Part shown: positions 48,393 through 61,283 of the stretch, one piece after another
Position numbering within the stretch: position 1 is the first letter of the stretch
Layout of the letters: every line of letters starts with the position of its first letter
Source: Isurus oxyrinchus
Lineage: Eukaryota
Assembly (NCBI GenBank): GCA_026770705.1
Contig: JANJGN010000005.1
Coordinates: forward strand, 16,120,001-16,184,000
Reading direction: 5' to 3'
Length of the DNA: 64,000 nt
The notes under the pieces: generated by a model
What the model saw: only the letters and a program-made list of their open reading frames with translations
Databases searched by the model: none
Told to the model about the DNA's origin: nothing
Position numbers and translations under genes: made by a program

Positions 48393-51085
48393 AAACACCA
48401 AGACATGATGTCAAGGTCCACGTGTAAGCTGCTGATACCCAGTTGTATCTCACTAACCGCTCTCTCGCCCTCGCTGCCATTCTGCTTGCCTGTCATTCAG
48501 TCTTGGATTAGCTGCAATTTCCTACAGTTAAACATTGTGCGAGTTAGGAAATGGGCACTTTTTAGGTCAATATGTAGAGAGTCCAACAAGGGATGGCACA
48601 GTGCTGGACCTAATTCTGGGGAATGAAGCCGGACAGGTGGTTGAGGTGGTGGTGGGGGATATGAGGGGATATGAGATAGCTCTGGCTGGTAAAAGTAGGG
48701 AAAATCTGAAGATATTCTATATGTATATCAATGGGAAGAGGATAACCAGGGAAGGAGTAGGGGCCATAAGGGACCAAGGGGGCAATCTATGGGTGGAGGG
48801 ACATCAGTAGAGTGTTGATACTTCACATCCATCTTCACCCAAGAGAATGAGGATGAAGGTATTGAACTCGGGGAGAGAGGCTGCGAGGTTATTGAGCCAA
48901 TTGATATAGGGAGTGACAAGGTATTGGAGGTGTTGTCAGGCTTAAAAATGGACAAATCTCCAGGTCTGGATGATTTGTGTCCCAGGCTGCTGAGGGAGGC
49001 AAGGGAGGAGATCGTAGGGACTCTGACCCAAATTTTTAATTCCTCTCTGGCCACGTGGGAGGTGCCAGAGGACTGGAGAACAGCTAATGTGGTTCCGCTA
49101 TTTAAGAAGGGTTATAGAGATAAGCCAGGGAACTACAGACCAGTGAGTCTCACGTCAGTGGTAGAGAAATTATTGGAGAAAATTCTAAAGGAGAGAATCT
49201 GTCTCCACTTCGAGAGGCAAAATTTGATCATGGATAGTCAGCATGACTTTGTCAGAGGAGGTCATGCCTAACAAATTTGATTGAATTTTTTGAAGAGGTG
49301 AGCAGGTGTATAGATGAGGGTAGTGCAGTTGATGTAGTTCATATGGATTTCAGCAAAGCCTTTGACAAGGTCCCACATGGGAAACCTATAAAGAAGGCAA
49401 ATACACATGGGGTACAGGGTAATTTGATAAGGTGGATTCAAAATTGGCTTAGTCGTAGGAGACAGAGGGTGATGACAGAAGGCTGCTTTAGTGACTGGAA
49501 GCCAGCGTCCAGTGGAGTACCACAGGGTTCTGTGCTGGGTCCCCTATTATTCGTCATTTATATAAACAACATAGATGATTATGTGGGGGGTAGGATAGTA
49601 AGTTTGCGGATGACACAAAGATTGGCCGGGTGGTTAACAATGAGGTTGAATATCTTGGGCTACAGGAAGATATAGACGAGATGGTCAAATGCGCAGATAA
49701 GTGGCAGATGGAATTTAACCCTGAAAAGTGTGAGATGATACACTGGAAGGAGTAATTAGACAAGGAAGTATTCAATGAATTGCATGACACTAGGAAGTTC
49801 TGCGGAATAAAGGAACCTTGGCATGTGTGTCCATAGATCTCTGAAAGTGGAGGAGCATGTTAGTGGGGTGGTGAAAAAGGCATATGGGACACTTGCCTTT
49901 ATCAATCAAGGCATAGATTACAAAAGTAGGGAGGTCATGTTGGAGTTGTATAGAACCTCGGTGAGGCCACAGCTGGAGTATTGTGTGCAGTTCTGATCGC
50001 CACATTATAGGAAGGATGTGATTGCACTGGAGGGGGTGCAGAGGAGATTCACCAGGATGTTACCTGGGTTGAAACATTTAAGTTATGATGAGAGGTTGGA
50101 TAGACCTGGGTTGTTTTCGTTGGAGCAGAGAAGACTGAGGGGTGACCTGATCAAGGTGTACAAGATTATGAGGGACATGGACAGGGTGGATAGGGAGCAG
50201 CTGTTCCCCTTAGTTAAGGGTCAGTCATGAGGGAACATAAGTTCAAGGTGAGGGGCAGGTGGTTTAGGAGGGATGTGAGGAAAAACTTTTTTACCCAGAG
50301 GGTGGTGATGGTCTGGAATGCACTGCCTGGGAGGGTGGTGGAGGCGGGTTGCCTCACATCCTTTAAAAAGTACCTGGATGAGCACTTGGCACGTCATAAC
50401 TTTCAAGGCTATTGGCCAAGTGCTGGTAAATGGGATTAGGTAGGTAGGTCAGGTGTTTCTCACGTGTCGACTCGATAGGCCGAAAGGCCTCTTCTGCACT
50501 GTGTGATTCTGATTGGGAAGCCATTGTGTTCAGCCCCTACAACCAACTTAGCCATCCACTCAATCCCCTTCCTTGGACACAGTGCCAAGCTGGACCAGAC
50601 TATTTACAATCTTGCTGTCCTATTTGACCATGAGCTGCACTTATGACTCTACATGCCAGCCTTCACAGAGGCTTCCTACTTCCATCTCCATGGCATTACC
50701 TGTTGCACCCGTGCCTCAGCCCATCTGCTGCCATAACTTTCATCAATGTTTTCACTGCCACTCAACTCAACTGTTCCCATACTCTGCTGGCCAGCCTCCC
50801 ATCTTTCATGCTCTATAAATGTAGTCATCCAAACTCTGCTGCCTGCATTTTGACTCTCACTCGGTCCTGATAAACCCATTATCCCTGTGTTCACTGGCCT
50901 GCATTGTCTCTCACTCCTCCATAATTTAAATCCTAGTGTCCAAGTCCATCAGGACCTTGCCCCTCCATATCTGAGTCACTTTTTCTAACTGTACAACCCT
51001 CCAGGAACATGGCATTCCTCCAACTTTTGTTACTTGTGCCTTCCCCATCCCTTTTCCCTCCATCAGTAATGGTGTCTTTGACCCT
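48393..51085 (+). mobile_element. L2 fragment split by a CR1 insertion
   Basis: gataccagttgtatctc (DTQLYL), SWISCNFLQLNI|..|GKPL; continues at 50512 to ~51085. Confidence 0.65.
48538..50511 (+). mobile_element. CR1 LINE (internally deleted) with TSD ATTG
   Basis: ATTG at 48534-48537 and 50512-50515. PTRDGTVLDLILGN jumps to RGYEIALAG (internal deletion). RT motifs run through GKWD*. Confidence 0.88.
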
Positions 51086-52233
51086 CTGACTTTTGTCACT
51101 TGACCTGTGAAACCAGAAGTTGCTCGATGGACTGCATTTATCAATTCCTTGCTGTTCCTATTGTTGTTGCTTCTTGATTCAGAATTGCATGGAGAAAACT
51201 TATTAGTCTTGATTTTCATGGTGATTGCTGGTGACACCAGAAGCAGGTTAAAAACTCCAGCAACCAATGCTCTAGAAAAGTTCTGAAAAAAGAAATTGGG
51301 CCTCTCTTCAAGGTTGACAATCTGGGGTCCAGATGATGCTATGAACTCTTTGTTGCACTGTATGAAATCATCTAAAACTCTTGAGGATTCTGAAGACTTC
51401 CAGCCAATCTTTTATTTTATCTCTTATATAATTTTGTTTGGACCTTAAGCCCCCTATAATTGGGCTTTAAAACTGCAAAATAAATCCCTCTTCATACCCT
51501 ATCGGGGAATGAGCCATCTTCTGCAGCGATTAAGTCATCATAGTTTCTGTTTTCAAAGTTTAAAGCTACTTCTAAATTGTCATTGTTTTAATTTTATCAA
51601 GACCATATTTGAATGATCTGGGCTGAAATTTAATCAAGGAGCTCAAATGATATTCAGACAATATTCAAGTTTTGCTTATTACATCATCCAAACCCTTAAA
51701 CTAACCGCTTTTCTCACTGCCAACTGTCAGAATGTTATAGCCCTAAACACGTAGTGCAGTGGGTTTTTTCAACATCTTTTATGTGTGACCTCTTGCAAAT
51801 GCTGATACTCCTGGGGACTGCTTGTTCTAACTTCCACTAAACGGTGTTAGCTACCCAAATTTCAGTAGAAACGTTTAGTTGCATATAGCAACTGAAATAA
51901 ATCAACAAATACAGAAAGCTATGGGGTAGAGAATTCCAGAGACAGAGTGCTCATGGCCAGGTCCCAGACAAGCAGCCGTTTGATTACTTCATGCATCTCA
52001 GTTTGAAATCCTATGACTTAGTATGGTGAGGAAATGAGAAACATGAAAGGGAAATTTAACTCTACTAATGAGTATTTACAACAGTACCTCCCTGGTTTTA
52101 TTCTATTTTAAAGGAAAAACCAGTTGCCAAGCTTTTCATTTCTAAACCATGCTGAATTCTGCCTTGACATTATGAGACATGACAGTATCACGATGAAACA
52201 ATATATGGTCCTTTTCCAGCTCCAGATAATAAT

Positions 52234-52660
52234 GTGCGGAATTTGCTGATAAAAAGCGGTGCAGGAATAACGTGCGCCGTTATTAATGTGAAAATCGGCC
52301 AGCAGCTTGTGGAGAGGTTTTTTTTCCTTTCTGTCTCTCTCTCTCTCTCTTAACCCAATCTTACTTTCCCCCTCTTTATTTCTCTTTTGGTACATGAGCT
52401 GACATTGATTTCACTCACTCTAATTCATCCTCCTACTCTCTCCTTGCTCTCTCTATTTCTCGACCTTTAATTCTCATTGGTTAAGAAGATGGATAGCTGG
52501 CCCTGTTCTTCACCAAGGTCCCAGATGTCCTTTTGCCCTCTCTGTGCCATTGTCAGCTCATATTTCCAGCAACTTATGGAGGGATTAAAAAAACAGTGCA
52601 GGAAAAGGTCAGTTTGACTGAGCGCACTGTAAGATTACCCACTCCAGCAAGTTCCAGCCC
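52234..52660. mobile_element. Harbinger-type MITE (another family; related copy ~10213-10673)
   Basis: TIR GTGCGGAATTTGCTG / CAGCAAGTTCCAGCCC, flanks AAT/AAA, CT-rich core. Confidence 0.6.
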
Positions 52661-53129
52661 AAATTTGAGTATAGTACCCTATTAATAAAGCAATTTTCAA
52701 TACTGGTCGACCAAGTACTGCTTTTGGAACTAAAATAGCACCTGGGATATTTTACTTGTTTTGAAGGTACTGCTCCAGCTTTTAGGCTTGTTTTTATCAC
52801 CTATAATATTTAAAATTTAAATATGTGCTCTTCAATATATCAGTTGTTACGCAGCCAAGTTGCTTAGAATATACACTGTGTAAGCACTAGAATTTCCTCT
52901 CAAAACCTATTTACCTCTCTAGTTCTCTCTTCTTTTAAGGTACTCCTCAAAACCTAGCTTCCATGACCAAGCTGTCCTAATATTTCCTTATGTGGCCCGA
53001 TGGAGTGAAGTGCCTTTGGAAATTTTGCTATCTTAAAAGTGTAAAATGTTGTTGCAACCTCTTACCTTTGCAGAAACCTGTAGCACTGAGGGGATTGTTT
53101 CCCAGTGTGTAAAAAACTCTCTGAAATGT

Positions 53130-56100
53130 ATATGATTATTAAGTTTGAAAATTATGTAGTTCAGTCTGAAACTAGGGTGTTAAATCTCAACAGAAGAAAC
53201 TATGAAGCTATGAAGCAAGTTGCCTGTAGTGGGTTGGGAAAATACATTAAAAGATATGAAGGTTGTCATGCAATGGCTAGTACTTAAAGAACTAATGCAT
53301 GGTTTACAACCAATATACATTCCTTTAAGGCATGAAAACCCAACAGGAAAAGTGATTCAACCATGGCTAACAAGGGGAGTTAAAGATTTATGTTAAATCA
53401 AGTAAGAGGCTTATAAAGTTGCCAAAAATAGGTAGTAAGCGTGAGAACTGAGAGCATTTTAGAATTTAGCAAAAGACTAAGGAACTGATAAAGAAAGGGA
53501 GAATAGAATATGAATGTAAATGAGCGAGAAACATAAAAACTGACTGTAAAAGCTCCTTTAGGTATGTAAAAATGAAAAGGCTAGCAAGGATAAATGTGGG
53601 TCCTTTATAGGCGGAGACAGGAGAATTTAGAACGGAACATTGGGAAATAACAGAGAAATTAAATAATTACTTTGTGTCTGCCTTCACGGGAGAAAATTCT
53701 AAAATCCTCCCAGAAATAATAGTGAACCTAGGGATGAGCCAGAATGAGGAACAGGAGGAAATTAATATTAATACAAAAGTAGTATTGGAGAAATTAATGG
53801 GATTGAAAGATGATAAACCCCCTGGACCTGATGATCTACATCCTAGAGTGTTGCAGGAGGTAGCTGTAGAGATAGTGAATGCATTGATGGCCACCTTTCA
53901 AAATTCTAGATTCTGGAACAGTTCCTTTGAATTGAAAGGGAGCAAATGCAGTCCCACTGTTTAAGAAAGGAGGGAGAGAGACAATGAGGAACTACAGACC
54001 TGTTAGCCTGATGTCAGTTGTAGGGAAAATACCATAATCTATTAGAAAGGACTGATAACTGGATACTTAGAAAATGATGATCTGATTGGGCAGAGTCAAC
54101 ATGTATTTATGGAAGGGAAATCCCGTTTGATAAACCTGTTAGAATATTTTGAAGATGTTACTAGCAGGATAGGAAAGGGGAACCTATAGATGTGGTGTAT
54201 TTGGAAAAGGTCCCACACAGAAGGCTTGTAAACAAAATTAGAGCAAATGGCAAGGGGGTAATATTCTGGCATGGATTGAAGATTGGTTAATGGACAGAAA
54301 ACACAGTAGGAATACACATGGACTGCAGCGGTTCAAGAAGGCAGCTCACCACCACCTTCTCAAGGGCAATTAGAGATGGGCAATAAATGCTGGCCTAGCC
54401 AGCAACATCTGTATCCCATGAATGAATAAAAGTTGGAAGGCTGTGACTGGTGAGGTACCACAAGGATCAGTGCTTTGGCCCCAGCTATATCACAATCTAT
54501 ATCAATGGTTTGAATGTGGAGATTCAATGTAATAATTCCAAGTTTGCAGATGATACAAAACTATGTGGGAACATGAGCTGTGAGGAGGATGAAAAGAGGC
54601 TTCAAGGGGATTTGGACAGGCTTAGTGAGTGGGCCAGAACATGGCAGATGGAAAGCAGGAAACTACAGGCCAGTTAGATTAACATCTGTCATACGGAAAA
54701 TGCTGGAATGTATTATGAAGGAGGTTATAGCAGGGCACTTAGAAAATCTCAGTTCAATCAGGCAGAGTCAACATGGTTTTGTGAAAGGGAAATCATGGTT
54801 GACTAATTTATTAGACTCTTTGAATAAGTGACACGCAATGTGGATTAGGGGAATCTGTGCATGCGGTGTACCTAGATTCCAGAAGGCGTTTGTCAAAGTG
54901 CCACATCAAAGCTTACTGCACAAAGTAAGATGTTATAGGGCAACATTTTCCCCGTGTCAGGGGGGAAGTGCAGGAGCAGTCATGGGCGGGCGGCCCTCCG
55001 ATCGGCACACCCAATCAGGGGCGCACCGCCACTTTTCGTGGGTGGGCCAATTAAGGCCCGCCCAGCGTGGCATCCACACGGAAGTGCTGTGTTCTCCCTA
55101 TGCGGGTGGGAGGAGAATGGCAAATGCGGAAGTTCCGGTCTCCCTGAGTTAGTGTTGCCTCAGGGAGATTGGTTCCCAAAGTGAAAAGGTTATTCTTTCG
55201 AAAATTTCATTTACCATCCATGTCCCCTCATGTGACGATGTCACATAAGTTGGGACATGGACATAACTTTAAGTAAACATAAACTTGTAAGTAAAAGTGA
55301 ATGTTAATTTTTTAATTCAGTCATGAAACCTCATCCGACCTGTGGTTTTGTGAAAGGGAACCTTAAGGTTGGACGGGGCAGGTCCACTAATTGGTTTTAT
55401 TTCTTTTTGAATGGCCTCAATAGGCCGTTGATAGGTCGGTGGGCCGACCTGAAAATGCAAATGACACGGGATAACATCGGGAATTCCGCCCAACGTCATT
55501 CTGTGTTATTTTACAGGCCCTGCCCCTGCTCGCTGACGGGAAAATTCTTCCCATGGTGTCGGGGATAACATATTAGCATGGATAGAGGATTGGTTAGCTA
55601 ACAGGAAACAGAGAGTAGGCATAAATTGGCTATTTTTGAGTTGGAAAGATGTGATGAGTGGAGGGCCACAGGACCTCAACTATTTACAATTCATACCAAT
55701 GACTTGGAATAAGGGACCAAATGCATGGTTACTGAATTTGCTGATGACACAAAGATAGGTAGGAAAATAAATTATGAAGAGGACAGAAGGAGTCTGCAAA
55801 GGGAAGTGAATGGGCAAAAATTTGGCAGATGGAGTAGAATGTGGGAAAATGTGAACTTGTGCACTTTGGCAGGAAGAATAGAAATCAGTATGTTATTTAA
55901 ATGGAGAGAGATTGCAGAACTCTGAGGTACGGAAGGATCTGGGTGACCTAGTACAGGAATTACAAAAAGTTAGTATATGGGTAAGTAAGTGATTAGGAAG
56001 GCAAATGGAATGTTGTTGTTTATTGCAAGGGAAATGGAATATAAAAGGATGTTTTGCTGCAGTTGTACAGGGCATTGGTGAGATCATATCTAGAGTATTG

Positions 56101-56410
56101 TGTCAAGTTTTAGTCTCTTTATTTAAGTAAGGATATAAATGTGTTAGACGCAGTTCAGAAAGGTTCATTTTGACTGATTCCTGGGATGGGTGGGGTTTAT
56201 CTTATGAGGAAAGGTTGGACAAACTGGACCTGTATCCACTGGAGTTCAGAAGAATGAGAGGAAATCTTATTGAAACATATAAGGTCCTGAGGTGAGTTGA
56301 CAAAGTAGATGCTGAAAGGATGCTTCCCCTTGTGGGAGAGACTGTAACTAGAGGATAAGGTTTAAAAATAAGGGATCTCATATATAAGATGGAGATGAGG
56401 AGAAATTTTG
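53130..56410 (+). mobile_element. Composite of two tandem CR1 copies with nested LINE-B tail (54317-54431) and MITE copy C
   Basis: RT runs to WQME at ~54650, then restarts at KAGNYRPV and runs again to the 3' region. Confidence 0.8.
54938..55552 (-). mobile_element. Harbinger MITE family M, copy C
   Basis: ATA|GGGCAACAT..ATTCTTCCC|ATG inside CR1; same internal hairpins; reverse orientation to copy A. Confidence 0.85.
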
Positions 56411-57189
56411 TCCAATTCACTGTGAGGAAATAACATAAATTAGTTGTCGTGACTAATGTCACGCTCATAATCTTAGCTATCCAGTCCAAATGGAGTCATA
56501 CCTAGCTCAAAGGAAGATGGTTGTAGTTGTTGGAGATCAATCATCTTAGTCCTGGAATATTGCTGCAGGAGTTCCTCATGTTAGTGTTCTAGGCCCAACC
56601 ATCTTCAGCTGTTTCATCAATGATGTTCCTTCCATCGTAAAGTCAGAAGTGGGGATGTTTGCTGATGACTGCAAAATGTTCAGTACCATTCGTGACTCCT
56701 CAGATACTGAAGCAGTCTGTGTCCATATGCAGCAAGACTTGAACAACATTCAGGCTTGGGTGACAAGTAACATTAACGCCACACAAGTGCCAGGCAATGA
56801 CCACCTCCAACAAGAGAAAATCTAACCATTGCCCTTTGACATTCAATGGCATTACCGTTGCTGAATCCCCCTTTGTCATCACCCTGGTGGTTACCAAAGA
56901 CCAGAAACTGAACTGGACCAGCCACGTAAATGATGTGGCTACATGAACAAGTCAGAGGCTGGGAATTCTGTGGAGAGTAACTCACCTCTTGACTCCCCAA
57001 AGCCTATCCACCATCTGCAAGGCTCAAGTCAGGAGTGTGATTGAATACTGTCCTTTTGCCTGGATGAGTGAGGCTCCAACAGCTCAAGAAGCTGCACATC
57101 ATCCAGGGATAAGCAGCCCACTTGTCTGGCACTCTGTCCACCACCTTAAACATTCACTTCCTCCACCACTGATGCACAGTGGCAGCAGT

Positions 57190-57820
57190 GGACAGAATTT
57201 TCGGGTTGACGAGAGGGAGCAGGGCCCGATTGCCAATGCATAAAATGATGCGCGATGATGTCGGGCGTGTATCCCGACGTCAACGTGATATTTCATTCAG
57301 CGGGCACACCCGCTGAAATGTCAACGGCTAATAAAGGCCATCAAGAAATCAATTAAAGCAGTTTAGAACACTGCCCATCCAACCTTAAGGTTGGCGGAGT
57401 AGGGGCAGGCGAAGAGCCCAGGTGGAGCTTCACATTTTTCATGGAACTTCATCCACGGGTGGGATGAGGTTTCACGAAGCGTTTAAAAATTGAATACATT
57501 TTTTTTTAAAAAAAATTCATTGACATGTCCCAGCTCATGTGACATTGTCACATGAGGGGACATGTCTTAAAATTTTTAAATTTCTTTACTTACATGTTTA
57601 AAACTTAAACAGGGAGATTTCTGTGCCCTTTTGCACACATGTGCGAAAGAGCACTGGCCCTGATTCAGGGAACCCCTCCCCGCTCACACAGCGAGCGCTC
57701 AGTGCTTCCGGGCGCGTGTCATGCTGGCAGGCCTTAATTGGCTTGCCCATGTAAAATGGGGGTGCTGATCGGGTTCGCGCCCGCCCCTGCATAACCACAC
57801 CCCTCCCCCGAAATTCCCCC
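57190..57820 (+). mobile_element. Harbinger MITE family M, copy D
   Basis: AGT|GGACAGAAT..AATTCCCCC|AAT. The host LINE reads ggcagc-agt|..|aat-gtgtacc across it. Confidence 0.88.
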
Positions 57821-57981
57821 AATGTGTACCAGCTTCAAGATGCACTACAGCAATTTGCCAAGGCTCCTTCAACAGCACATTCCAAACCCATGACATCTAT
57901 CACCTAGAAGGACAAGGGAAATAGATGCATGGGAACACCAACACCTGCAAGTTTCCCCCCCAAACCCCGCAACCATCTTGA

Positions 57982-58155
57982 TTAAAGTATGTTTAAAGCA
58001 GAGATCGGCAGATTTCTAAATACCAGTGACATAAAGGGCTGTGGGGATAGTGCGGGGAAAAAGGCATTGAAGTGGATGATCTGCCATGATTGTATTAAAT
58101 GGCGGAGCAGGCTTGATGGGCTGAATAGTCTACTCCTGTGTCTATGTTCCTCTGT
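57982..58155 (+). mobile_element. Short CR1 3' tail insertion with 10-bp TSD
   Basis: ACCATCTTGA (57972-57981) and ACCATCCTGA (58156-58165). Confidence 0.8.
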
Positions 58156-59317
58156 ACCATCCTGACATGAAACTATGTCACATTCTTTCACTGTCGATAG
58201 GTCAAAATCCTGGAACTCCCTTCCTAACAGCACTGTAGGTGTACCTTCTCCACGTGGGCTACAGTTCACCACCACCTTCTCAAGGGCAACTAGGGATGGG
58301 TAGTATCCTCTGAAAGAATTTTTTTAAATGATCAAATATACCCAGGATACATGATGTGATAGAGGATAAAATGTTCATATTGGAGGCAGAAATCAGAATT
58401 AGGCAATGAAATGCTGTCCAAATGGTGTGCGACACATGCGGAATAAGTGAAAGTTTATGCATTCCTGTTTGGAGGTAGGTGGGAGACGGAGTTGCTGTTT
58501 GATTTTGCTGCTCCATTTGAGTCACTGTTATTTCACAGGCTGCATGGCATGTGGTTTGAGGATTATGTCTTGGATAGCCCTGCTCTATCTTATGCATTTG
58601 TTTACCTTTTGGAGTGCTGAGGGTTGATTATTTACATTTCATTTTTTATTTATTCATTCTCTCAATGTGGTCATTGCTGGCAAGGCCAGCATTTATTGCC
58701 CATTTCTAATTGTTCTTGAGATGCTTATTGTGAACTACCCCTTTGAACCATGCTGCTGATGAACTTTAAAAAGGAGGTGAGCACTTATCTGTTTGGGAAG
58801 AAGATCATATGTTTTAGACTGAGATAATCAAATACTAGATGGGGCACTTGCATCCTGTATAGTTGAGCCTACAAACAGAGTATTTTGTTTGTGGGACTAG
58901 CAGGCCAGTTAGAATAGTGAAGCATTCAAAGTGCATGATAATTCTGGATATATTCCCATACCTTTGTGAAAGAGGGAATATATATCCAAATACTGTTGAT
59001 TATAGTATTGTTGTCTATTCATTTCCAAGTGATATGTTCAGCAGCTTATAGGCATCAATATTGGATTCTGATTCATATATTAAAAATATCCTCATTTTTG
59101 TCTGAGTTTGTGATTCGTTATCCACTAGAGGGAACTGTTAAAATCTGTGAAGTCAGTAGTACAGAAGTCTTGTGTCCAACATTTGCCTGTTATTTTAATA
59201 GAGGCTTTAACCTGTCTGAATTTATTTTATCTGAAAAGGAAGGATGTGCAGTGCTATGGGGAGAAGGTGGGGGAATGGCACGAGGTGAATTGCTCATTTA
59301 GAGAGTCGGTGCAGACA

Positions 59318-61283
59318 GCATAAAAGCTAAAGAGAAAGCATACAATGCGGCAAAGAGCAGTGGGAAACCAGGGGATTGGGAAGCCTACAAAGACCAACAG
59401 AGGACAACTAAAAAAGAAATAAGGAGGGAGAAGATTAAATATGAGGGTAAACTAGCCAGTAATATAAAAGAAGATTACAAGAGTTATTTTAGATATATAA
59501 AGAGTGAGAGAGAAGCAAAAGTGGACATTGGGCCGCTGGAAAATGATGCTGGAGAAATAGTAGTGGGGAACAAAGAAATGGTGGAGGAACTGAATAAGTA
59601 ACTTGCGTCAGTCTTCATGATGGAAGACACGAGTAACATCCCCAAAGTTCAAGAGACACTGAGGCGGGGTGTGGGGTTGGTGGTGGTGTTGGGGGGGTGG
59701 TGGTGGTGGTGGTGGTGGAGGAGGGCAGAGGTGAGTATGGTAGCCATTACCAAGGAGAAGGTGCTAGGAAAACTGAAAGGTCTGAAGGTGGATAAAACAC
59801 CTGGTCCAGATGGATTACACCCCAGAGTTCTGAAGGAGATAGCTGAAGAGATAGTGGAGGCTTTAGTAGAAAATTGCTAATGTAACCCACCTGTTTAAGA
59901 AGGGAGTGAGGCAAAAGATGGGAAATTACAGGCCAATTAGCTTGACCTCGGTCGTTGGTAAAATTTTAGAGTCCGTTAGTAAGGATGAGATTTCAGAATA
60001 CTTGGAAATGCATAGTAAAATAGGGCAAAGTCAGCATGGTTTCATCAAGGTGAGGTCATGCCTGACAAATCTGTTAGAATTCTTTGAGGGGGTAACGAGT
60101 AGGTTAGACAAAGGAGAGCCAATGGATGTTATCTACTTGGACATCCAAAAGGCCGTACAGGAGGCTGCTCAGTAAGATAAGAGCCCCTGGTGTTAGAGGC
60201 AAGATACTAGCATGGATAGAAGATTGGCTGTCTGGCAGGAGGCAGAGAGTGGTGATAAGGGGGTCCTTCTCAGGATGGTGGCCGGTGACTAGTGGAGTTC
60301 CGCAGGGGTCAGTGTTGGGACACAACTTTTCACTTTATATATTAAAGAGCTAGATGAAGGAACTGAGGGCATCATGGCTAAGTTTGCAGATGATACAAAG
60401 ATAGGTGGAGGGACAGGTAGTATTGAGGAGGCAGGGAGGCTGCAGAAGGATTTGGACAGGTTAGGAGAATGGACAAAGAAGTGGCAGATGGAATACAACG
60501 TGGGGAAGTGTGATGTCATGCACTTTGGTAGGAAGAATAGAGGCATAGACTATTTTCTAAATGGGGAGAGAATTCAGAAATCTGGAGTGCAAAGGGACTT
60601 GTCCAGGATTCTCTTAAGGTTAACTTGCAGGTTGAGTCGGTAGTTAGGAAGGCAAATGCAATGTTATCATTTATTTCGGGAGGACTAGAATATAAAAGCA
60701 GGGATGTGCTGCAGAGGCTTTATAAGGCTCTGGTCAGACCACATTTAGAATATTGTGAGCAATTTTGGTCCCTGTATCTTAGGAAGGATGTTCTGGCCCT
60801 GGAGAAGGTCCAGAGGAGGTTCACGAGAACGATCCCAGGAATGAAAGGCTTAACATATGAGGAACATTTGAGGATTCTGGATCTCTACTCGATGGAGTTT
60901 AGAAAGATGAGGGGGGATCTGATTGAAACTTACAGAATACTGAAAGGCCTGGATAGAGTGGACGTTGGGAAGATGTTTCCATTAGTAGGAGAGACTAGGA
61001 CCCGAGGACACAGCCTCAGAGAAGACCTTTTAGAACAGAGATGAGGAGAAACTTCTTTAGCCAGAGAGTGGTGAATCTATGGAATTCATTGCCACAGAAG
61101 GCTGTGGAGGCCAGGTCATTGAGTGTATTTAAGGCTGAGATAGATAGGTTCTTGATTGGTAAGGGGATCAAAGGTAATGGGGAGAAGGTGGGAGAATGGG
61201 GTTGAGAAACCATGATTGAATGGTGAAGCAGACTCGATGGGCCGAATGGCCTAATTTCTGCTCCTATGTCTTATGGTCTTATG
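59318..61283 (+). mobile_element. CR1 LINE (5'-truncated) inserted into an older CR1 tail
   Basis: TPGPDGLHPRVLKE, GVPQGSVLG, KFADDTK, RPHLEYC; ttatggtcttatg tail. The host tail (59225-59317 and 61284-61338) is split with GACA duplicated. Confidence 0.88.

Larger units (their letters stand above)
56485..58300 (+). mobile_element. LINE family B fragment with nested MITE D and CR1 tail
   Basis: AGVP..VLGP, MFADDC, ICKAQVRSVIEY; tail at ~58270. Confidence 0.82.

Noticed and set aside
48180-48537. Opposed L2 fragments around the YADD motif as a designed inverted repeat
   Set aside because: The arms are highly diverged; best explained as adjacent old L2 pieces.
50926-51410. About 160-codon stop-free minus-strand frame (KIGWKSSESSRVLDD..ATSGFTGQ..)
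   Set aside because: No recognisable homology, and the last third is antisense L2. The length is compatible with chance. A BLASTX hit would be needed to revive it.
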